Source: a virus
Direction: 5' to 3' (one strand)
IMG/VR virus record: IMGVR_UViG_3300027752_001458
Location: 32,001 to 96,000 of that record
DNA length: 64,000 bases
Position 1 is the stretch's first letter. Each line of letters begins with the position of its first letter. The notes under the pieces were generated by a model. It was given only the letters and a program-made list of their open reading frames with translations, ran no database searches and had not been told where the DNA came from. This document shows positions 57,804 to 64,000 of the stretch, piece after piece. The position numbers and the translations under genes are program-made.

Positions 57804-57832
57804 TTGACAAATACTTTGATAACTATTATACT
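57804..57832 (+). promoter_or_regulatory. Sigma70-type promoter for the tRNA cluster
   Basis: TTGACA-17 nt-TATACT ending 14 nt before tRNA-Ser. Confidence 0.7.
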
Positions 57833-57846
57833 GTATAAGTAATTTC

Positions 57847-57936
57847 GGAGAGTTGGCTGAGTGGTCGAAAGTACCTCCCTGCTAAGGAGGCGTCTGGGTA
57901 ACTGGACCGAGGGTTCGAATCCCTCACTCTCCGCCA
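57847..57936 (+). tRNA. tRNA-Ser(GCT)
   Basis: GGAGAG/CTCTCC acceptor, CCTCC-CTGCTAA-GGAGG anticodon arm, long variable arm, GGTTCGAATCC, encoded CCA. Confidence 0.95.
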
Positions 57937-57981
57937 CTATTTTAGAGCATTGGCAATGCTGGTGGTAAATATACGCAGTAA

Positions 57982-58056
57982 GCGAGTATAGTATAACGGT
58001 TATTACAAGACGTTGCCAACGTTTGGATATCGGTTCGATTCCGATTACCCGCTCCA
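57982..58056 (+). tRNA. tRNA-Gly(GCC)
   Basis: AGACG-TTGCCAA-CGTTT anticodon arm, GGTTCGATTCC, TCCA end; one A-C mismatch in the acceptor stem. Confidence 0.9.
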
Positions 58057-58106
58057 ACTACGAATAGTTCGTAGGCATTGTTACAAGTGTAACAGGAAGG
58101 TATAAC

Positions 58107-58349
58107 ATGGTTAATGCAATAACAACCAAAAAAGTAAGTAAGGCAACAACACCAGCAGTGTTAAAAAGAAAAGAAATCGTAGATATTGATTTTGACTTTT
58201 CTAAGATTGGTGAGAATGTCCAGAAGAACGCAGAACAGATTAGCAAGAACCTTATGAGGAATGCTGAAATGATCGGTGAAAATGTTAAAAGAAACTCAGC
58301 GAGAGTTGGCGATAACATGAAGAAATACTTAAATAGAAATATTAAGTAA
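58107..58349 (+). CDS. Small basic protein with 11-residue amphipathic repeats
   Basis: AGGAAGG RBS; FSKIGENVQKN / AEQISKNLMRN / AEMIGENVKRN / SARVGDNMKKY. Confidence 0.7.
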   Translation: MVNAITTKKVSKATTPAVLKRKEIVDIDFDFSKIGENVQKNAEQISKNLMRNAEMIGENVKRNSARVGDNMKKYLNRNIK

Positions 58350-58363
58350 GCAAGAAAATATCT

Positions 58364-58439
58364 GGGGCTGTAGCTCAGTTGGGAGAGCGGTTCCCTTGCA
58401 CGGAACAGGTCGTAGGTTCGATCCCTATCAGCTCCACCA
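58364..58439 (+). tRNA. tRNA-Ala(TGC)
   Basis: 76 nt, GGGGCTG...CAGCTCCACCA with G3:U70, GTTCC-CTTGCAC-GGAAC anticodon arm. Confidence 0.95.
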
Positions 58440-58465
58440 GGTATTTTACATCACAAGGATTAAGA

Positions 58466-59191
58466 ATGTATACAGAAAAAGTTACATGGGTACATCATTG
58501 GACAGACAAGACCTTCAGCTTTAAAACAACACGCAACCAGAGTTTTCGATTCATAAACGGCGAGTTTGCTATGATTGGATTAAAAGGCGAAGAGGAAGGA
58601 TCTCGACCATTGCTTAGAGCATATAGCATTGCTAGTGCTAACTATGAAGACGAAATCGAGTTCCTAAGTATTAAGGTACCGGATGGACCTCTAACAAGCC
58701 GTCTACAGCATTTAAAAGTCGGAGACGAAATAGTAGTAATGCCTAAGACAACGGGCACTCTAACGATTGATAACGTAACCTCAGCGAAGAATCTGTATTT
58801 GCTTTCAACAGGAACAGGTCTTGCTCCGTTTTTAAGTATTATTAGAGATCCCGGCACTTACGAAAAGTTTGAAAACGTTATTGTAGTACACACCACTCGA
58901 ACACATGCTGAACATACATACACTGACTTGATGGTAGAGTTAGCAGAAACATTTTCATTTACATATTACGATACTTGCACCCAAGAAGATTATGTGCGTA
59001 AAGGACGTTTTTGGGAACATGTAGAACACTTTACTGACAACGGATTCAATAAAGACACTGACAGGGTTATGGTTTGTGGCGGCCCAGAGATGAATTATCA
59101 ATGTAGAGACTACTTTGAAGGTAACGGATTTATAGAAGGAAACTTGGGCGAACCAAATGACTTTGTATTAGAACGTGCATTCGTAGACTAG
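58466..59191 (+). CDS. fpr: Ferredoxin/flavodoxin-NADP+ reductase
   Basis: RAYSIAS, VPDGPLTSRL, TGTGLAPF, MVCGGPEM and terminal ERAFVD; true start at 58466 because the track start lies inside tRNA-Ala. Confidence 0.92.
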   Translation: MYTEKVTWVHHWTDKTFSFKTTRNQSFRFINGEFAMIGLKGEEEGSRPLLRAYSIASANYEDEIEFLSIKVPDGPLTSRLQHLKVGDEIVVMPKTTGTLTIDNVTSAKNLYLLSTGTGLAPFLSIIRDPGTYEKFENVIVVHTTRTHAEHTYTDLMVELAETFSFTYYDTCTQEDYVRKGRFWEHVEHFTDNGFNKDTDRVMVCGGPEMNYQCRDYFEGNGFIEGNLGEPNDFVLERAFVD

Positions 59192-59238
59192 CCGCCGTAA
59201 CAACATTCAAGCCTTTGTAAAAAACAATAAATACATGT

Positions 59239-61089
59239 ATGTCAAAAATAAATCCGTTTAAAGACTTTGAAGTCACTAACCACACACCAGTAGATTTTAT
59301 TATACTTACAGACCCATACGGACTGTATAATGCACAGAACTGGGGCACACACATGCAGGCAGTGTTCAAGATGACTGGGCAGGAGCTTGATCCTGATGTT
59401 GCTAGAGCACTACAGACTCGCAAAACAGACGACTCGTATAGTCCTAATGCTATATCTCATTCCCGTGGCCCGTCAAATTCTTACCATTTACGAACATTGG
59501 GTGCATATAAAGTTGCACATGAATGTAGGTTACGTGGATACACTGTACAAGTTGTAGATTACCAAAGTTTTTATGATTTAGAAACGTTAAAACGAATTAT
59601 GGACAAGTATGTAGGCAAAAACACATTGGCAATCGGCATATCGGTATCATTCTACATGCGATATCCTTGGATGTTGAATATGGTGACAAAAGAAATGCCT
59701 GTATTGCCACTTGAAGGCGTAAAAGATGAAGGCAAAATATTTGACGACTGGACTCTTAACTATTCCGGCTTCTTAACACACGGTGAAGAGATTGATGATG
59801 CCTTTGTTAACTATGTAAAAGACATTAACCCTAATGTAAAGTTTATTAAAGGCGGAACTAGAGCAAGAGAAGATATAGTTCACCGGAATGTCGACTACAT
59901 AAATGTGGGCTGGGGCGATGTGACTATGCCGGAGATGCTTGATGAAATAAAAGCAGGCACGTCTGACGATATGCCAGTTCACACTAAGCACCCTTACAAG
60001 TTAGACCTGCTCAGTAAGTTAGCAATGGAGCACAGTACCATGAAATTTACAAAGTCAGATTTGTTATTCCCTGGCGAACTGATGCCACTTGAGTCCGGAC
60101 GAGGTTGTATTTTTAAATGTACATTTTGTAGTCTTGAATTAGTTGGTAAAGAGAAAGGCACATACATTAAGTCAGAAGAAAGCATCAGACAAGAATTTAT
60201 ACACAATTACGAAGAACATGGCATAAAAGATTACTGGTTTGTCGAAGATACTTTCAACGATGACCATGACAAAATGATACACTTGCATGAGATTATTACT
60301 AGTTTACCATTTAAAATTACGTTCTCATGTTATTTAAGATTAGATTTACTTTTCATTGGCAACAAACATAACCCTCCACAGCATCAGCTACTACTAGAGA
60401 TGGGATTGAAGCGAGTGGAGTTCGGTATTGAGACGACTAACCATGACAGTGGAAAGGATATCGGCAAAGGATTGAATCCACAAATACAATTACAATTTTT
60501 AAGAGACTTAAAAGCGGATCACGGTTGGAAAGATATTTTAATCGGGTCAGGTTTTATTATGGGTCTACCTAGCGACACAAAGGAAAGTATCCAAGAAATG
60601 TTTAAGATAATGAGTCGAGATGATTTCCCAGTAGACAGACCTACAATTAGGTCATTGCACATTAGACCTGAAGAAACAGGTAACAATGCTATTGAGGAAC
60701 GTGGGCTTAGTGAATTTTCCAAGAATTGGGAAGAGCATGGGTACACTATGTCGTACGACAACCAGCATGGCATATTTAAAACTTGGACAAATAGAAATGG
60801 TGTGTCTTTAGAGATGTGTGAAAAAATGCTATTGAATTATTTTAGACGCCACGACTTCAAACCGTTTAAGTCCGCCAAAGCTCAACAAATGAACATGGCA
60901 ATATTAGCCACAATAGGCGTTGCAGAATTAGTGGCCCAAGGATTGCATTGGCCCACAGTTAGTGAAGACATCAAATTCGATCTATTAGAATTCGAGCAAA
61001 CAAATCCTAAACACACAAAACAGTTATCAGAAATACAAGCACTGAAGTTCTTAAAGTATACTGAATTACTACTGACACAGGATCTATAG
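59239..61089 (+). CDS. Radical SAM protein with N-terminal B12-binding-like domain (copy 1)
   Basis: ESGRGCIFKCTFC, EDTFND, YLRLDL, FGIET and GFIMGLP motifs; N-terminal GAYKVAHECR...VQVVD. Confidence 0.88.
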   Translation: MSKINPFKDFEVTNHTPVDFIILTDPYGLYNAQNWGTHMQAVFKMTGQELDPDVARALQTRKTDDSYSPNAISHSRGPSNSYHLRTLGAYKVAHECRLRGYTVQVVDYQSFYDLETLKRIMDKYVGKNTLAIGISVSFYMRYPWMLNMVTKEMPVLPLEGVKDEGKIFDDWTLNYSGFLTHGEEIDDAFVNYVKDINPNVKFIKGGTRAREDIVHRNVDYINVGWGDVTMPEMLDEIKAGTSDDMPVHTKHPYKLDLLSKLAMEHSTMKFTKSDLLFPGELMPLESGRGCIFKCTFCSLELVGKEKGTYIKSEESIRQEFIHNYEEHGIKDYWFVEDTFNDDHDKMIHLHEIITSLPFKITFSCYLRLDLLFIGNKHNPPQHQLLLEMGLKRVEFGIETTNHDSGKDIGKGLNPQIQLQFLRDLKADHGWKDILIGSGFIMGLPSDTKESIQEMFKIMSRDDFPVDRPTIRSLHIRPEETGNNAIEERGLSEFSKNWEEHGYTMSYDNQHGIFKTWTNRNGVSLEMCEKMLLNYFRRHDFKPFKSAKAQQMNMAILATIGVAELVAQGLHWPTVSEDIKFDLLEFEQTNPKHTKQLSEIQALKFLKYTELLLTQDL

Positions 61090-62879
61090 TGGCATTATCT
61101 AGGCTAAATCCGTTTAAAGACTTCAAAGTTACCAATCACACACCAATGAATTTTATTATATTCACTGATCCTATTGGCGCAAACAGTCTAGCACAAACGT
61201 ACACAGATGTTAACGTGTTGCTGTTACACAACGGCAAACACCCATGGGAAGTATCTAGAGACATACTATCTAACCCAACTGCTACACGCCCACACGCATT
61301 TAATGCTCGTTACCAACATAAGGCGTTAGGTGCCTATAAACTTGCACACGAATGTAGGCTTGCCGGCTTCACGGTACAAGTAGTTGACAATACATCAGCG
61401 ATGGATGTTGAAACATTAAAACGTGTTGTAGACAAGTATGTCGGAGAAGAGACATTGGCAATGGGCAAGTCAAATACATTTAGTGTAAAAATGCCCTGGA
61501 CTCTAAATGCATTACCCATCGAATACCCATTTGTGCCTTTAGATGGAGCAACTGATTTAGATAAACTGTTCAATCCATTTCCCGGAGCAAAGGATCACGG
61601 GTTCTTACCTCACGGAAAGGAATTGGATGATGAATTTGTAAACTATGTAAAAGGTATTAACCCTAATGTAAAATTTATAACGGGCGGGGCGTTTACAAGA
61701 GAGGATGCCGAGTATAGTAATACTGATTTTATAAATGTAGGCTGGGGAGATGTAACATTGCCCGGGTTACTAACAAGATTGCGAGATGGCACAGCAAATG
61801 AACTGCCGGTACACACGAAACATCCTTATACATTGGATACTATAAGTAAAATTGAGATGGAACACTCGTCAATGGAGTTTATTCAATCGGATGTAGTAAT
61901 ACAAGGCGAACCTTTACCGCTTGAGACTGCTAGAGGGTGTATATTTAAGTGTAAGTTTTGCAACTTTGGACTATTAGGAAAAGAAAAAGGCTCGTACTTT
62001 AAGAGTTGTGAAAATATTAAAGCAGAAATTGAGCATAATTATTATGAACTTGGCGTTACTGATTACTGGATAGTCGAAGACACGTTCAACGATGACCACG
62101 AGAAGATAATTAGGCTACATGAGATTATTACGAACTTGCCTTTCAAAATTCAGTTTACTTGCTACTTGAGATTAGATTTACTGTATGCTAACAGGAATCA
62201 ACCAGTACCACAGCACCAGTTATTATTAGAGATGGGGCTGAAACATGTAGAGTTTGGCATTGAAACAACAAATCCGGAGAGTGCAAAGGACATTGGCAAA
62301 GGACTGCACCCAGAAATACAATTTTCCTTTCTTAGAGAACTACGAGACAAGCATGGCTGGGAGGATATGGTTCTGTCATCGGGCTTTATTGTAGGACTAC
62401 CCAGCGACACAATAGAGTCACTCGCTAAAATGAGTAAGTTTCTTCTTAGCACAAACACTGTGTTAGATAGGATAGCAATACGACCACTTCGACTTGATCC
62501 AGTAACATTGAACCCGGCTCTTGACAGTCGCGACAGTAGTGAGTTTTCTCGTAACTGGCAGGACTACGGATACACGTTAATTGGAACTAATACCGGCGGC
62601 TCACCTAATTATATAAACAAGAACGGATTAACATTAGCAGACTGCGAGAAGTTTTGCAAAAATATTAATATTCGTTCAGAAGGTCGCCTACAATCACTGT
62701 TTGAAGTAGAGTTAAAAGCAAAAGGACTCGCTTTCCCTACGATAACTGCCTTACAATTTTCACCAGGTGAATGGGATGGATCAAAAAAGCATCAGCAACG
62801 ACTTACTGAAATGCAACGTAGTAAGATACTGCATTACATCAAAACTTTGCTGACACAGGATATTAATTATGAAACTTAA
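61089..62879 (+). CDS. Radical SAM protein (copy 2)
   Basis: ETARGCIFKCKFC and the same downstream motifs as copy 1. Confidence 0.88.
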   Translation: MALSRLNPFKDFKVTNHTPMNFIIFTDPIGANSLAQTYTDVNVLLLHNGKHPWEVSRDILSNPTATRPHAFNARYQHKALGAYKLAHECRLAGFTVQVVDNTSAMDVETLKRVVDKYVGEETLAMGKSNTFSVKMPWTLNALPIEYPFVPLDGATDLDKLFNPFPGAKDHGFLPHGKELDDEFVNYVKGINPNVKFITGGAFTREDAEYSNTDFINVGWGDVTLPGLLTRLRDGTANELPVHTKHPYTLDTISKIEMEHSSMEFIQSDVVIQGEPLPLETARGCIFKCKFCNFGLLGKEKGSYFKSCENIKAEIEHNYYELGVTDYWIVEDTFNDDHEKIIRLHEIITNLPFKIQFTCYLRLDLLYANRNQPVPQHQLLLEMGLKHVEFGIETTNPESAKDIGKGLHPEIQFSFLRELRDKHGWEDMVLSSGFIVGLPSDTIESLAKMSKFLLSTNTVLDRIAIRPLRLDPVTLNPALDSRDSSEFSRNWQDYGYTLIGTNTGGSPNYINKNGLTLADCEKFCKNINIRSEGRLQSLFEVELKAKGLAFPTITALQFSPGEWDGSKKHQQRLTEMQRSKILHYIKTLLTQDINYET

Positions 62880-64000
62880 TCCGTTTAAAGACTTTGAAGT
62901 CACTAACCACACACCCGTAGACTTTATTATACTCACAGATCCAGCTGGACTATACAATGCACAGAACTATAATGTGCTTATGCACAAGATGGCATCAACA
63001 CAAGGGCAAGAACCAGACCCGGACATATCTAAATCATTAATGACACGAAAATTGGACCCAGACTACGACCCACTTGCCGTACATCACTCACAAAGTAAGT
63101 GTAATTCACTTTATCTTAAAACAATGGGTGCATATAAAGTTGCACATGAATGTAGATTGCGTGGGTATACAGTACAAGTGGTAGATTATCAGAGCTTCTA
63201 CGATATAGAAACATTGAAACGTATTGCAGACAAGTATGTCGGAGAGAACACACTCGCTATAGGTATTTCAATATCATTTTATATGCGGTATCCTTGGATG
63301 TTAAACATGTTGCCCAAGGAAATGCCAGCCTTGCCACTTGAAGGCATAAAGGATTTAGGTAAAATATACGATGACCCATTGTATGCGTACCAAGGTTTCC
63401 TAACACATGGTGAAGAAATAGATGATGCTTTCACAAGTTATGTAAAAAGTATTAATCCTGACGTAAAGTTTGTAAAAGGCGGAACTAGGGCTAGAGAAGA
63501 TGTTGAATTAAAGAATGTCGACTACATAAATGTGGGTTGGGGCGATGTGACTATGCCTGACATGTTAGATGAGATGAAAAACCACACAGCAGACGATATG
63601 CCAGTTCATACTACACACCCTTATAAGTTAGATTTACTTAGCCAGTTAGAAATGAAGCACAGTACCATGAAATTTATAAAGTCTGATATATTGATACCCG
63701 GAGAGATAGTACCGTTAGAGTCGGCAAGGGGTTGTATATTTAAATGTTCGTTCTGTAGTTTTGAATTAACCGGTAAAGAAAAAGGCACATACTATAAGTC
63801 TGCAGAGAACATTAAACAAGAGTTCATTGATAACTATGAACAGCATGGCATATCGGATTATTGGTTTGTAGAGGATACATTCAATGATGACCACGCAAAA
63901 ATGATACACTTGCATGAAATTATTACTAACTTGCCCTTCAAGATTACATTCTCATGTTATTTAAGATTAGATATGCTGTGGGTTAACCGTAATCAGGACG
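62869..64000 (+). CDS. Radical SAM protein (copy 3), truncated by the window edge
   Basis: ATG at 62869, MKLNPFKDFEVTNHTP; ESARGCIFKCSFC near 63720; closely similar to copy 1. Confidence 0.88.
   Translation, partial: MKLNPFKDFEVTNHTPVDFIILTDPAGLYNAQNYNVLMHKMASTQGQEPDPDISKSLMTRKLDPDYDPLAVHHSQSKCNSLYLKTMGAYKVAHECRLRGYTVQVVDYQSFYDIETLKRIADKYVGENTLAIGISISFYMRYPWMLNMLPKEMPALPLEGIKDLGKIYDDPLYAYQGFLTHGEEIDDAFTSYVKSINPDVKFVKGGTRAREDVELKNVDYINVGWGDVTMPDMLDEMKNHTADDMPVHTTHPYKLDLLSQLEMKHSTMKFIKSDILIPGEIVPLESARGCIFKCSFCSFELTGKEKGTYYKSAENIKQEFIDNYEQHGISDYWFVEDTFNDDHAKMIHLHEIITNLPFKITFSCYLRLDMLWVNRNQD

Noticed and set aside
57847-58439. Prophage attachment site at the tRNAs or a host-phage junction
   Set aside because: No integrase or duplicated tRNA 3' end; phage-type late promoters continue on both sides.
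57788-58465. ORFs overlapping the tRNAs, including the N-terminal extension of fpr from 58379
   Set aside because: They are translations of tRNA sequence; fpr has an RBS and ATG at 58466.
1-64000. Stop-codon reassignment as seen in some large phages
   Set aside because: Core genes are full length in the standard code, TAG and TGA end genes at sensible positions, and no suppressor tRNA is seen.

Overview
This window is part of a large T4-like (myovirus-type, probably jumbo) phage genome read in the standard genetic code. Lipoprotein, autotransporter-like and CsgG/CsgF genes point to a Gram-negative host. Core modules are baseplate and tail genes on the minus strand (1-14978, 24116-25278, 55344-57774), a late sigma factor with gp47/gp46 (15088-18759), tape measure, portal, protease, scaffold and major capsid (25425-36364), and two long repeat-rich fibre proteins (36477-46190). 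Accessory content includes three tRNAs and a ferredoxin-NADP reductase followed by three or more tandem radical SAM paralogues. The most notable observations are: (1) a late-promoter-driven curli-like locus (two membrane proteins, CsgF, CsgG, two curlin-like proteins, a FecR-domain protein with a curlin-like C-terminal strand, a lipoprotein and a CHASE2 adenylate/guanylate cyclase); (2) two unannotated candidate -1 ribosomal frameshifts, one in that lipoprotein and one joining gp26-like and gp51-like chaperone frames; (3) a roughly 500-nt densely structured non-coding element directly after a minimal GIY-YIG nuclease; (4) a 16-bp palindrome found next to baseplate/tail late promoters; (5) a gp5-like spike whose lysozyme domain appears catalytically degenerate. 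All family assignments come from motif recognition by eye; no searches were run.
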